Assembly (NCBI GenBank): GCA_963762195.1
Contig: CAVXJX010000006.1
Coordinates: 71,562-135,561 of the forward strand
Origin: an uncultured Solirubrobacterales bacterium
Lineage (GTDB): Bacteria > Actinomycetota > Thermoleophilia > Solirubrobacterales > JBBDJG01
Length of the DNA: 64,000 nucleotides
Direction of reading: 5' to 3'
Shown here: positions 1-12,996 of the stretch, in pieces
Numbering within the stretch: position 1 is the stretch's first letter
How the letters are laid out: each line of letters opens with the position of its first letter
The notes under the pieces: model-generated
What the model saw: only the letters and a program-made list of their open reading frames with translations
Told to the model about the DNA's origin: nothing
Databases searched by the model: none
Translations under genes and position numbers: made by a program

Positions 1-835
1 TGCGCCCTGGCCACGAACCTGGCCTTCTTGTGGAAGCACAAGGGCGCGACGCAGGCCCCCGCCGTCGACATCCGCCACCCGCTGCGCAGCGCGACGGGCC
101 TGTTCTCTTCCAAGTGGTGGTCGATCGGCTTCATGGTCGCCCTGGGCGCGTGGGTGTTCCACGTCGCGGCCCTCGCGCTGGCTCCCATCTCTCTGGTCCA
201 GGCCGTGATCTCCGGCGGCCTCGTGTTCCTCGCCGTGCTCGCCGACCGCTGGTTCGGGTTCGAGCTGGGCAAGCGCGAATGGGCGGGCGTGGCGCTGACC
301 GCCATCGGCCTGGCCTTCCTGGGCCTCACGGTGCAGACCGGGTCCGAGGGAACGCACTCCAGCTACTCGATCTCCGGGATGATCGCCTTCGAGGGCGCAA
401 TGGTGTTCCTCGGCGCGATGCTCCTGATCACGCACCGCGTGCAGCCTCACCACCACCACCGCGGACTGATGCTCGGCGCCGCGGCGGGAATCCTGTTCGG
501 GGTGTCCGACATCTCGATCAAGGCGCTCACCGGCACGGTGCCCGGCGACTTCATGTCGATCGTGAGCCCGTGGACGATGGTCGCCGTGCTGGCGTCGATC
601 GCGGCCTTCTACGCATCCGCCCGCGGCCTGCAGATCGGTGAGGGCGTGGCCGTGATCGCGCTCACGTCCGTCGCGGCGAACCTGAGCGCCATCCTCGGCG
701 GCATCCTCGTGTTCGGCGACCCGATGGGTGGCGAACGCGTTCGAGATCGTCGCTCGCGGCGCTGCGTTCGCGATGGTGCTCGTCGCGACCGCGCTGATGC
801 CGGCGCCGATGCGCGCCGCTTCCCGCACGGCCTAA
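1..835 (+). CDS. Polytopic membrane protein, DMT/EamA-like, 5' end outside the window; needs a frame correction near 729-731
   Basis: The frame is open from position 1 and encodes many hydrophobic helices. After ...ILVFGDPMGG the hydrophobic C-terminus ANAFEIVARGAAFAMVLVATALMPAPMRAASRTA continues in the +1 frame to TAA at 833-835. Confidence 0.5.
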
Positions 836-877
836 CAGGGCCGGCCGCAAGCGGCCTGCTGCTACCCTTCCGCCCGC

Positions 878-1273
878 ATGCCAAGCATCAGTCAGCTGGT
901 CCGCAAGGGCCGCAAGCCCCCGCGCAAGAAGGTCTCGACGCCCGGTCTCAAGTCCAGCCAGGGCGGTAAGCGCCGCCTCGCGGCGCCCCAGCGCAGGGGG
1001 GTTTGCACCCGTGTCTACACGGCCACCCCGAAGAAGCCGAACTCGGCGCTGCGCAAGGTCGCGCGCGTGCGGCTCACGAACGGTATGGAGGTCACCGCCT
1101 ACATCCCGGGCGAGGGACACAACCTTCAGGAGCACTCGGTCGTGCTCGTGCGCGGCGGCCGTGTGAAGGACCTGCCGGGCGTGCGCTACAAGGTCGTGCG
1201 CGGGACGCTCGACGCGGCCGGCGTCTCGGATCGCAAGAAGGCCCGCTCGCAGTACGGCGTGAAGGCCGCCTAG
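878..1273 (+). CDS. rpsL: 30S ribosomal protein S12
   Basis: [33 protein letters not shown]...[17 protein letters not shown] is an unmistakable S12 sequence. It carries an extra basic segment at residues ~27-36. Confidence 0.97.
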   Translation: MPSISQLVRKGRKPPRKKVSTPGLKSSQGGKRRLAAPQRRGVCTRVYTATPKKPNSALRKVARVRLTNGMEVTAYIPGEGHNLQEHSVVLVRGGRVKDLPGVRYKVVRGTLDAAGVSDRKKARSQYGVKAA

Positions 1274-1278
1274 CCCGT

Positions 1279-1749
1279 TTGCCTCGCCGCGGAGACATCG
1301 CCCCCCGGACTCTCGAGCCCGACAAGGTCTACAACAGCCGCCTGGTCCAGCAGGTCATCAACAAGGTGATGATCGGCGGCAAGAAGTCGACGGCCGAGAA
1401 GATCACCTACGAGGCGCTCGACATGCTCGCCAAGCGCACCGGCAAGGAGCCGGTCGAGGCGCTCGAGCAGTCGATCAAGACGCTGACCCCGGTGCTCGAG
1501 GTCCGCTCCCGCCGAGTCGGCGGCGCGACCTATCAGGTCCCCGTCGAAGTGCCCGCCCGCCGCGCCCGCACGCTCGCGGTGCGCTGGCTGGTCGAGTTCT
1601 CACGCCGCCGGCGTGAGAAGACGATGGCGCAGCGGCTTGCGAACGAGTTGTCGGACGCCGGCGAGCAGCAGGGCGACGCGTACAAGCGCAAGGACGACAT
1701 TTACCGCATGGCGCAGGCGAACAAGGCCTTCGCGCACTATCGCTGGTAG
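1279..1749 (+). CDS. rpsG: 30S ribosomal protein S7 (TTG start)
   Basis: MPRRGDIAPRTLEPDKVYNSRLVQQVINKVMIGGKKSTAEKI...AHYRW matches S7, and the gene directly follows rpsL. Confidence 0.95.
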   Translation: MPRRGDIAPRTLEPDKVYNSRLVQQVINKVMIGGKKSTAEKITYEALDMLAKRTGKEPVEALEQSIKTLTPVLEVRSRRVGGATYQVPVEVPARRARTLAVRWLVEFSRRRREKTMAQRLANELSDAGEQQGDAYKRKDDIYRMAQANKAFAHYRW

Positions 1750-1773
1750 GTCTGTCTGGGTTGCGGCGGTCCT

Positions 1774-1830
1774 CCGGGGTCCCTTCCCGGAGACGCTGAA
1801 ACCGTTTTAGTCTCCGGGAAGGGACCCCGG
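1774..1830. terminator. Perfect 21-bp inverted repeat (CCGGGGTCCCTTCCCGGAGAC / GTCTCCGGGAAGGGACCCCGG) with a 15-nt loop, between convergent rpsG and the MFS gene
   Basis: Both arms were read directly and are exact reverse complements. The element starts 25 nt after the rpsG stop. No U-run follows it. Confidence 0.6.
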
Positions 1831-2093
1831 ACGCCCGCCTTCGCCCCGGCCACCCGCTCCGCCCGCTGCAGAGAAGCGAAGGTGATTCGTTGTCGTCTCG
1901 TGAGTTCCGGGCGCTTCCCGTGACAGCGGAATCGAGGTGCGCGGTTTAGCCCACCTATAGCGGCAACAAACCGTCGCACCGTTTTCGAGGCGGATAGGCC
2001 GAGGCCCCAGTTCCAGGCCATTCACGCGCAGTTCGTCAAGCAAGAGAGTTCAAAGCCGCTCCGACACACCACCCCCATACCCACCCGGGTTTC

Positions 2094-3510
2094 CTACGTC
2101 TGCTCCAGCGCCGCGGGCGCGGGACTCCCGGCCTCCTCCGCCAGCTCCGCGGCCAGCGTCTCCAGATCCCGCCCGTGCGGTTCGAGCTTCACGATCGCGA
2201 ACCCGATGCCTACCAATAGCGCGGATGCGGCCAGGAACAGGAACGACGCCGGCAGCGCGTCGAGCGTGGCTTCCGGGTCGACCAGGTCGCCGGTGCCGGC
2301 TACCAGCGCGATCACCAGTGGGCCGATGATGCGGCCGACGCCGCTGACAGCCCACGCGAGGCCCATGCCGTGCGTGCGCAGGCTCGTCGGGAATATCTCC
2401 GGCGTGTAGGGCGCGAGGTTCGCGAAGCCGCCGTCCACGAAGAAGGCCGCCGGGATCAGGGCTACCAGGAAGAGCGGGACGCCGGCGATCTCCGTGTCGC
2501 TGCTGAACGCCGCCAGCACCAGGGGAGGCACCGCGCCGAACCCCATCAGCAGGCCACAAGTCCGCCGGCCCACGCGCTGCGGCACGAAGGAGAAGAACAG
2601 CCGACCGGCGAACGATCCCAGCGCGACGAGCAGGAACAGCAGCGCGGCGTCGTCTGCGCTGATGTCGAGGATGCGCTCGAGGAAGGTCGGACCCCACAGC
2701 ACCAGTCCGGAGACGGCGATCGATGCTCCCAGCCACGCCACGACGGTGATCAGCACGCTGCGGCGGTAGCGCCACAGGTCCGAGTAGGACTCACCTGCCG
2801 CAGGCGGAGGCGGCGTCTCGAGGGCCAGCTCCTCCTCGGGACGCTCGATCAGCCATGCCACCACCCCGCGCGCCTCGCGCAGACGACCTTTGTCGGCGAG
2901 CCAGCGAGGCGACTCGGGCACGTACGTCAGGATGAAGGGCACGAGCAGGATCGGCAGCAGGCCGATCGCGAACGCGGCGCGCCACGGCAGCGCCGCCGCG
3001 ACGACGGCCGCGACCATGATCCCGATCGGGGACCATCGCGGTCGTCACGAACCCGACCACGAGGGTCCGCAGCCGCGTAGGAGTGAACTCGAGCGCAAGC
3101 GGCACCGCGATCACGGCCACACCGGCCACGCCGGCGCCGACGAACAGGCGCAGCAGGGCGATGTACCACCAGCCTCCATCGGGCGCCAGCGCGAGCGCGC
3201 CGGTCGCGAGCGAGAACAGCAAGATGCCCGCCATCAGGGGGCGCCGCCGCCCGACCCGGTCGCCGAGGCGCCCCCACAGGATGCTCCCGCCGATTGCGCC
3301 GACTCCTGCGGCCAGCAGCATTGCCGCCGCCTGGCCGAACGTCAGGTCCCACTCGTCGGCGAGGTCCGGGACCACGAACGCGATCAGGAAGAAGTCGAAG
3401 AGGTCCAGCACCGCGCCCACCATCACCGCGCCGGCGAGGATGTAGAAGCGCCGCGTCAGCGGAGCCTCGTCGAGTGCCTGCAGGAACGGGGTGGCCGGAG
3501 GAGGCGTCAT
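2094..3510 (-). CDS. MFS transporter; needs a frame correction in the GGGG run at 3029-3032
   Basis: The N-terminal half (MTPPPATPFLQALDEAPL...GRLGDRVGRRRPL...LVVGFVTTAMVP) and the C-terminal half (IGIMVAAVVAAALPWRAAFAIGLL...) lie in adjacent frames. Together they make a 12-TM MFS protein. Confidence 0.8.
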
Positions 3511-4086
3511 GGGTTCCTTCGACGCCGCGCCGCGCCGCGCGAGAGCTGCCACGCCAGGGCCCCGGCCCCGGCCAGCGCTGCCACGGCGCCGACCAGCTCC
3601 GACCCAGAAGCCGGACTGGGGTTCTGCCTCGCCGGTCTCGATCTCGCTCGTGAGACCTGATGAGGTGACGTCGGGGATGTCGCCGATCAACACGATCCCC
3701 AGCGCGATCACCGCCAGGGCGGCGGCCGCCCATGCGGGCTGGCGCTGCCGCGTCCAGCCCGCGAGCAGGGTGCCGGCCGCGATCACACCGCCGATCACGC
3801 CGAGCGCCCAGGAGTGCTGGTCGGCCCCGGATTGGATCGAACCGGCCGCGTTGGACGTCGCACCCCCGGGGGTCACGATCCGATAAAGGTCCAGCGTCTC
3901 TGCGTAGAGGAGCAGCAGGCCGCCCCCTACGCCAAGCACGACAGCGGCCTCTACCGAGCGCCGGCGCAGCAGCCGGAACGGTGCGGCGGCACCGCGTTCG
4001 AGGGCCGCTTCGACGGTTCGCAGGACGCCGCCGCGCGGGGCTGTCTCAGGAGGCTCTGCGCCGCTCTGGGCCTGGTTTTTCGGCAT
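3507..4086 (-). CDS. Small membrane protein of unknown function; needs a frame correction near 3600
   Basis: MPKNQAQSG... is followed by several TM segments. After ...SGFWV the TM-like tail ELVGAVAALAGAGALAWQLSRGAARRRRNP continues in another frame. It ends at a TGA that overlaps the MFS ATG (ATGA). Confidence 0.5.
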
Positions 4087-4236
4087 CAGGCCTCTGCTAT
4101 CCTTCTCGGACTCGCGGGCGCGCCAAGCTGCGCTCCCGAAGCGCTGCAGGGGAGCCGCTTCGGGGGGAATTTCCCGGGAGTCCCCGAAATGGATTCCGAC
4201 CTCACATAACTCCGCTCGCCGGCCTTCTGCAAGCAC

Positions 4237-4259
4237 GGGCCCGCGAGGGCTCTTTTTTT
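4237..4259 (+). terminator. Intrinsic-terminator-like hairpin: GGGCCC/GGGCTC stem, GCGA loop, then T7, 30 nt upstream of the fusA ATG
   Basis: Read directly: gggcccgcgagggctcttttttt. Confidence 0.5.
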
Positions 4260-4289
4260 GCCCAGAACCAGCCGATTCATTAGGAACTC

Positions 4290-6398
<2,109 letters not shown>

Positions 6399-6588
6399 AG
6401 AAAAAGGGCCGATCGTCCGTAAACGGACGTCGTCTGGGGGCCGCACGGGCGCGTCGCTGGCCCGCCAGCCCGGACTTGAGCCCGAATACAGCTATATTTT
6501 CGCGGTTGGCCCGCGTGCAGCCCCCAGCGGCCACTCGCCGGCCCTTGCCGTGATCCAAGCCCGTCTATCGAGACCAAGGAGCTAGATA

Positions 6589-7776
<1,188 letters not shown>

Positions 7777-7893
7777 GAGGTCGCCGCCAGGCGAACTTCC
7801 GGCAGTAAGAGCGTTGGATACGACCGGGGCGGGGCCCTGACAGGGCTTCGCCCCTAGTACGACCGGAGCACGAAGGAAGAGATACCGAACACA

Positions 7894-8214
7894 TTGGCCG
7901 CGATACCTCAGAACAAGATCCGCATCAGGTTGAAGGCGTACGACCACGACGCCATCGATCGCGCGGCCGCCGAGATCGTCGAGACGGCGGAGCGCACGGG
8001 TGCAACCGTGGCCGGTCCCGTGCCGCTGCCTACCGAGAAGAACGTATACGTCGTGATCCGCAGCCCGTTCAAGGACAAGGACTCGCGCGAGCACTTCGAG
8101 ATCCGCACGCACAAGCGGCTGATCGACATCCATCAGCCGTCGCCGAAGACGGTCGACTCGCTGCAGAGGCTGGACCATCTTCCGGCCGGAGTTGACATTG
8201 AGATCAGGCTGTAG
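7894..8214 (+). CDS. rpsJ: 30S ribosomal protein S10 (TTG start)
   Basis: [27 protein letters not shown]...[13 protein letters not shown]. Confidence 0.96.
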   Translation: MAAIPQNKIRIRLKAYDHDAIDRAAAEIVETAERTGATVAGPVPLPTEKNVYVVIRSPFKDKDSREHFEIRTHKRLIDIHQPSPKTVDSLQRLDHLPAGVDIEIRL

Positions 8215-8217
8215 GCT

Positions 8218-8848
8218 GTGATGGCTGGCCTTCTCGGAAAGAAGCTCGGCATGACACAGGTGTTCACCGAGGAGGGTGAGCGCATCCCGGTGACGGTGAT
8301 CGAGGCGGGTCCATGTGCGGTGACCGCCGTGCGCGACCCTGAGCGCGACGGGTACCGCGCCGTGCAGATGGCCTTCGGCGAGACGAAGGAGGCGCGGCTG
8401 ACGAAGCCGCAGCGCGGCCATCTCAAGCGTGCCGGCGTCGGTTCACTGCGGCATCTCGCGGAGTTCCGCGTCGCCAACACCGACGATCGCGTCTACGAGA
8501 TCGGTCAGACCCTCGGTGTCGCGGACCTCTTCGAGAAGGGGCAGCGCGTGAAGGTCAGCGGCCGCTCCAAGGGCAAGGGCTTTCAGGGCACCATCCGGCG
8601 GCACGGTTTCTCGCGCGGACCCGTGAGCCACGGCTCGCACAACGTGCGGGCGCCGGGCTCGATCGGGGCGAGCGCCACGCCGTCGCACGTCATGAAGGGC
8701 ACGCGGCTGCCCGGTCAGATGGGCAACACGCCGGGTCACCCAGCCCGGACTGACGGTCGTGGACGTCGACTCCGATCGAAACCTTCTCCTGCTCCGGGGC
8801 GCGGTTCCCGGGCCCGAGGGTGCCGTCGTCGAGGTGCGCGATGCCTGA
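8218..8848 (+). CDS. rplC: 50S ribosomal protein L3; 1-nt insertion near 8731
   Basis: The frame is correct up to ...RLPGQMGNT. The conserved tail [38 protein letters not shown] appears only after removing one C. The stop TGA at 8846-8848 overlaps the rplD ATG (ATGCCTGA). Confidence 0.9.
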
Positions 8849-9503
8849 GGCTGCTCCCAGCGCGCCACGGCTGGGCGGGCAGGGCTCCGTCAAGCTGCCG
8901 GCCGAGATCTTCTCCGAGCCGTTCCACAACGGCGTCGTGTACGAGGCGGTGCGTGCGGAGCAGCTCGCCCGCCGTCGCGGCACGGCGTCCACGCGCACGC
9001 GCGCCGAGGTGCGCGGCGGCGGCGCGAAGCCCTGGCGCCAGAAGGGGACCGGCCGCGCACGCGCCGGGTCGACCCGCATGCCGCACTGGACCGGCGGCGG
9101 AGTTGCCTTCGGTCCCACTCCGCGCCACTACACCGTGAAGGTCAACCGCCGGGCGCGCCGGAGGGCGTTGCGCGCGGCGCTCAGCGTGCACGCACGGCGC
9201 GCGAGCGTCGCGGTGGTCGACGCCTCTTCCTACACCGAGCCGTCGACGAGCACGGCCGCAAAGGCGCTGGACTCCCTCGAGGGCCCGCGCAAGGTGCTCC
9301 TGCTGCTCGGCGGCGACGAGGTCTCCTGCGCGAAGTCGTTTCGCAACATTCCTCGCGTCGTGGTCCTCGCGGCTCGTGACGCCGGCGTCGCCGACGTCAT
9401 CGGTGCGCGCACCCTCCTGCTCTCCGAAGCGGCGATCGACGACCTCGCGGTCGTCGCGGCCGAGCCGCAGCAGCGCGTCGCAGCGCAACAGGAGGCCGCG
9501 TAG
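8841..9503 (+). CDS. rplD: 50S ribosomal protein L4
   Basis: [33 protein letters not shown] matches L4. Confidence 0.93.
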   Translation: MPEAAPSAPRLGGQGSVKLPAEIFSEPFHNGVVYEAVRAEQLARRRGTASTRTRAEVRGGGAKPWRQKGTGRARAGSTRMPHWTGGGVAFGPTPRHYTVKVNRRARRRALRAALSVHARRASVAVVDASSYTEPSTSTAAKALDSLEGPRKVLLLLGGDEVSCAKSFRNIPRVVVLAARDAGVADVIGARTLLLSEAAIDDLAVVAAEPQQRVAAQQEAA

Positions 9504-9804
9504 ATGGACGCCCGCCACGTGCTCCGCAGCCCGGTGATCTCCGAGAAGAGCTACGCGCTGATCGCCGACAACAAGTACACCTTCCGAGTCCATCCCGACG
9601 CGCACAAGACGCACGATCCGGTCGGCCGTCGAGGAGATCTTCGACGTGCGCGTGACCAACGTGCGGACGATGAAGATGAAGTCCAAGCCCAAGCGGCGCG
9701 GATGGACGAAGGGCCGCACGCGACAGTGGAAGAAGGCGATCGTCGAGCTCGCGCCCGGCGACCGCATCGAGCTGTTCGAGGGGGCGGCCACGGCGGCCGA
9801 GTAG
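9504..9804 (+). CDS. rplW: 50S ribosomal protein L23; 1-nt insertion near 9614
   Basis: After [36 protein letters not shown] the L23 body [46 protein letters not shown]... lies in the next frame. It ends at TAG 9802-9804. Confidence 0.9.
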
Positions 9805-9808
9805 ACGC

Positions 9809-10648
9809 ATGGCGATCCGCAAGCACAAGCCCACCAGTCCCGCCCGCCGTTTCGCCACCTGGCTGGAGCGCGAGGAGCTGACACGCTCGGAGCCGGAGAA
9901 GTCGCTCGTGAAGGGCAAGTCCAAGAGCGGCGGGCGCAACACGCACGGCCGCATCACGAGCCGTCACCGCGGCGGCGGCGCAAAGCGCCGGTATCGGCGG
10001 ATCGACTTCAAGCGCCGCAAGGACGGCGTGCCGGCGAAGGTCGCAGCGATCGAGTACGACCCGAACCGCACGGCGCACATCGCGCTGCTCCACTACAGGG
10101 ACGGCGAGAAGCGCTACATACTCGCGCCGCAGCGCCTCACCGTGGGCATGGAGGTGAGCTCGGGCGAGACGGCCGAGATCCAGGTCGGCAACTCGCTTCC
10201 GCTCGGCCGGGTGCCGACCGGGACCGTCGTGCACAACGTCGAGCTGACGCCGGGCCGCGGCGGCCAGCTCGGGCGTTCGGCCGGCGCCTCCATCCAGCTC
10301 GTGGCCAAGGAGGGACGCACCGCGACGCTGCGGCTTCCCTCGGGTGAGATGCGCATGGTCCCGGCCGACTGTCGCGCGACGATCGGCACGATCGGCAACG
10401 CCGACCACGAGAACGTCACGGTCGGCAAGGCGGGCCGCAGCCGTCACAAGGGCATCCGCCCGCAGACCAGGGGCACGGCGATGAACCCGGTCGACCACCC
10501 GCACGGTGGCGGCGAGGGCAAGACCACCGCGGGACGCCACCCGGTGACGCCTTGGGGAGTGCCGACGCTCGGCTACCGCACACGCAAGAAGGGCAAGCAA
10601 TCCGACAAGTACATCGTGCGCGGACGACGCAGAGGAAAGAGGCGATAG
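9809..10648 (+). CDS. rplB: 50S ribosomal protein L2
   Basis: [43 protein letters not shown]. Confidence 0.97.
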   Translation: MAIRKHKPTSPARRFATWLEREELTRSEPEKSLVKGKSKSGGRNTHGRITSRHRGGGAKRRYRRIDFKRRKDGVPAKVAAIEYDPNRTAHIALLHYRDGEKRYILAPQRLTVGMEVSSGETAEIQVGNSLPLGRVPTGTVVHNVELTPGRGGQLGRSAGASIQLVAKEGRTATLRLPSGEMRMVPADCRATIGTIGNADHENVTVGKAGRSRHKGIRPQTRGTAMNPVDHPHGGGEGKTTAGRHPVTPWGVPTLGYRTRKKGKQSDKYIVRGRRRGKRR

Positions 10649-10651
10649 GCG

Positions 10652-10932
10652 ATGGGTAGGTCGACCAAGAAGGGCCCTGGGTCGAGGAACGCTTGATGCA
10701 GCGCATCGCCAAGATGAACGAGAGCGGCGACAAGCGCATGGTCAAGACGTGGTCGCGCGCGTCGACGATCTTTCCCGAGATGGTCGGCCACACGATCGCC
10801 GTACACGACGGGCGCAAGCACGTGCCCGTGTTCGTGAGCGAGTCGATGGTCGGACACAAGTTGGGCGAGTTCGCTCCCACCCGGATCTTCCGCGGTCATG
10901 CCGGCTCCGACAGAACTGCGCGGGTGCGTTAG
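10652..10932 (+). CDS. rpsS: 30S ribosomal protein S19; 1-nt deletion in the CCC run at 10675-10677
   Basis: The ATG at 10652 gives MGRSTKKGP, then a premature TGA. Restoring one C yields ...[53 protein letters not shown]... Confidence 0.9.
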
Positions 10933-10934
10933 CG

Positions 10935-11568
10935 ATGGCCGACGAAGAAACAGGACAAGAAGCCGACCGAGAAGAAGCCCGCCGCCGCCAAGAAGCCCGC
11001 CGCCGCGAAGAAGCCTGCTGCGGCGAAGAAGCCTGCTGCGGCGAAGAAGCCGAGCGCGCGCAAGCCCGCGGCCGCAAAGGCCGAGGCCAAGGCTGAGACC
11101 GAGGCCGCCGCACGCAAGCCGGCGGCTCGCCGTTCTGCCGCGAAGAAGCCTGCTCCGACCACCGAGGCTCCGGCGAAAACGGAGTCGCCGAAGGCGAATC
11201 CCGCACCGCGCAAGCCGAAGCTTCCCGAGCGCCCGCTGGTGCGCGCACAGGCCAAGTACGTGCGATCCTCCGCGCGCAAGGCGCGGCTGGTCATGGATCA
11301 CGTACGCGGGCGGCCGGTCGCGGACGCCCGCGCTCTGCTGCGTCACAGTCCGCGGGGCGTCGCGCGCGACGTGGAGCGGCTGCTCAACTCGGCGGTCGCC
11401 AACGCGGAGAACAACCACGAACTGGTTGGGGACGATCTGTACGTGAAGGAGATCTACGCCGACGAGGGCCCGACTCTGCGCCGCTTCCGCCCGCGTGCGC
11501 AGGGACGTGCCACCCGGATACGCAAGCGCACGAGCCATCTGACCGTCGCACTATCGACGAAGGAGTGA
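10935..11568 (+). CDS. rplV: 50S ribosomal protein L22 with a ~100-aa Lys/Ala/Pro-rich N-terminal extension; 1-nt insertion right after the ATG (~10939)
   Basis: The L22 core [26 protein letters not shown]... is in frame with upstream [50 protein letters not shown]... The only ATG (10935) is one frame off. Confidence 0.85.
10972..11061 (+). repeat. In-frame 18-nt tandem repeat encoding KKPAAA x4, plus a degenerate KKPSAR unit, inside the rplV extension
   Basis: aagaagcc(c/t)gc(c/t)gc(c/g)gc(c/g) units were read directly. Confidence 0.85.
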
Positions 11569-11572
11569 TCTA

Positions 11573-12343
11573 GTGGGACAGAAAGTTCATCCAGAGGGAT
11601 TCAGGGTCGGCTACATCCACGATTGGAAGTCGAACTGGTTCAACGAGCGCGAGTTCGCCGACTACCTGCTCGAGGACATCAAGATCCGCGAGCACATCGA
11701 GGGCAAGCTCGGGCATGCCGGCCTGTCGGACATCCGCATCCGCAAGGACAAGAACGAGGTCACCGTGGACATTCACACGGCCCGGCCCGGCATCGTGATC
11801 GGCAAGTCCGGCAGTGAGGTCGACGCACTGCGCCGCGACCTCCACAAGATGACGTCGAAGCAGGTGCGGGTGAACATCCTCGAGGTCAAGCGGCCGGAGC
11901 TGGACGCCAAGCTCGTGGCGCAGTCGATCGCCGAGCAGCTCCAGAACAGGGTGGCATTCCGGCGGGCGATGAAGCGGGCGCTGACCTCGGCCATGCGCTC
12001 CGGGGCCACCGGCGTGCGGGTGCAGGTGTCGGGTCGCCTCGGCGGCGCGGAGATGGCGCGCAGAGAGGGTTACTCGGACGGCCGGGTGCCGCTGCACACG
12101 CTGCGCGCGGACATCGACTACGGGTTCTACGAGGCGAAGACGACCCATGGGCGAATCGGGGTCAAGTGCTGGATCAACAAGGGCGAGGTCATGCCCGAGG
12201 GCTACCTCACCACGGACGGCGCCGACTCGCCGCTACCGCAGCGCGGACGCGGTTCACGCGCGCGGGGCGCCGGCGACGGGCAGTCCAGCCAGGGCGGCGA
12301 CTCCCGGCGCGGCGGCGGCGGTGGAGGACGGAGGGGCCGTTAG
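11573..12343 (+). CDS. rpsC: 30S ribosomal protein S3 (GTG start) with an Arg/Gly-rich C-terminal tail
   Basis: [23 protein letters not shown]...[13 protein letters not shown]. Confidence 0.96.
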   Translation: MGQKVHPEGFRVGYIHDWKSNWFNEREFADYLLEDIKIREHIEGKLGHAGLSDIRIRKDKNEVTVDIHTARPGIVIGKSGSEVDALRRDLHKMTSKQVRVNILEVKRPELDAKLVAQSIAEQLQNRVAFRRAMKRALTSAMRSGATGVRVQVSGRLGGAEMARREGYSDGRVPLHTLRADIDYGFYEAKTTHGRIGVKCWINKGEVMPEGYLTTDGADSPLPQRGRGSRARGAGDGQSSQGGDSRRGGGGGGRRGR

Positions 12344-12757
12344 ATGCTGAGTCCCAAGCGCGTCAAGCACCGCAAGCAGCACCGCGGCCGCAGAGCCGGC
12401 CTGACCAAGGGCGGCAGCACCGTGCAGTTCGGCGAGTACGGCCTGAAGTCACTGGACGCCGCCTGGATCACGGACCGCCAGATCGAAGCGGCCCGTATCG
12501 CGATGACCCGCAAGATCAAGCGTGGCGGCAAGGTCTGGATCAACATGTTTCCCGACAAGCCGGTGACCAAGAAGCCCGCGGAGACCAGGATGGGGTCCGG
12601 CAAGGGGTCGCCGGAGTTCTGGGTCGCGGTGGTCAAGCCCGGCCGCGTGATGTTCGAGCTGGCCGGCGTCCCGGAGGACCTGGCCCGTGAGGCGATGCGC
12701 CTTGCCGGCCACAAGCTCCCGGTGCACACCAAGTTCGTGATGCGCGAGGACCAGTAG
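12344..12757 (+). CDS. rplP: 50S ribosomal protein L16
   Basis: [16 protein letters not shown]...[24 protein letters not shown]. Confidence 0.97.
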   Translation: MLSPKRVKHRKQHRGRRAGLTKGGSTVQFGEYGLKSLDAAWITDRQIEAARIAMTRKIKRGGKVWINMFPDKPVTKKPAETRMGSGKGSPEFWVAVVKPGRVMFELAGVPEDLAREAMRLAGHKLPVHTKFVMREDQ

Positions 12758-12773
12758 AAAGTGCAACGCCTCG

Positions 12774-12989
12774 ATGAAGACCAAGGAAGTGAGAAACCTC
12801 AACAACGAGCAACTGGTGGACGCGGTGCGCGAGTTTCGCGAGGAGCTGTTCAACCTGCAGTTCCGCAACGCCACCGGCGAGCTGGAGAACACGGCCCGGC
12901 TGCGCGAGGCGAAGCGCTCGCTCGCTCGCACATTGACGATCGCCCGCGAGCGCAACATGGACCTCGAACACGAGCTGCGGAAGGCATAG
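12774..12989 (+). CDS. rpmC: 50S ribosomal protein L29
   Basis: [33 protein letters not shown]. Confidence 0.93.
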   Translation: MKTKEVRNLNNEQLVDAVREFREELFNLQFRNATGELENTARLREAKRSLARTLTIARERNMDLEHELRKA

Positions 12990-12996
12990 ACCAGAC

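Noticed and set aside
418-470. HHHH run (RVQPHHHHRGL) in the first membrane protein, as a possible metal-binding site or engineered tag.
   Set aside because: It is a short run in a predicted loop of a native membrane protein. No other vector-like sequence is present.
6399-6588. Candidate tuf promoter (TTGAGC ... TATATT) and a hairpin GTCCGTAAACGGAC after fusA.
   Set aside because: Spacing between the -35-like and -10-like hexamers is only about 11 nt, and the hairpin lacks a U-run. I could not support a specific promoter or terminator call from sequence alone.
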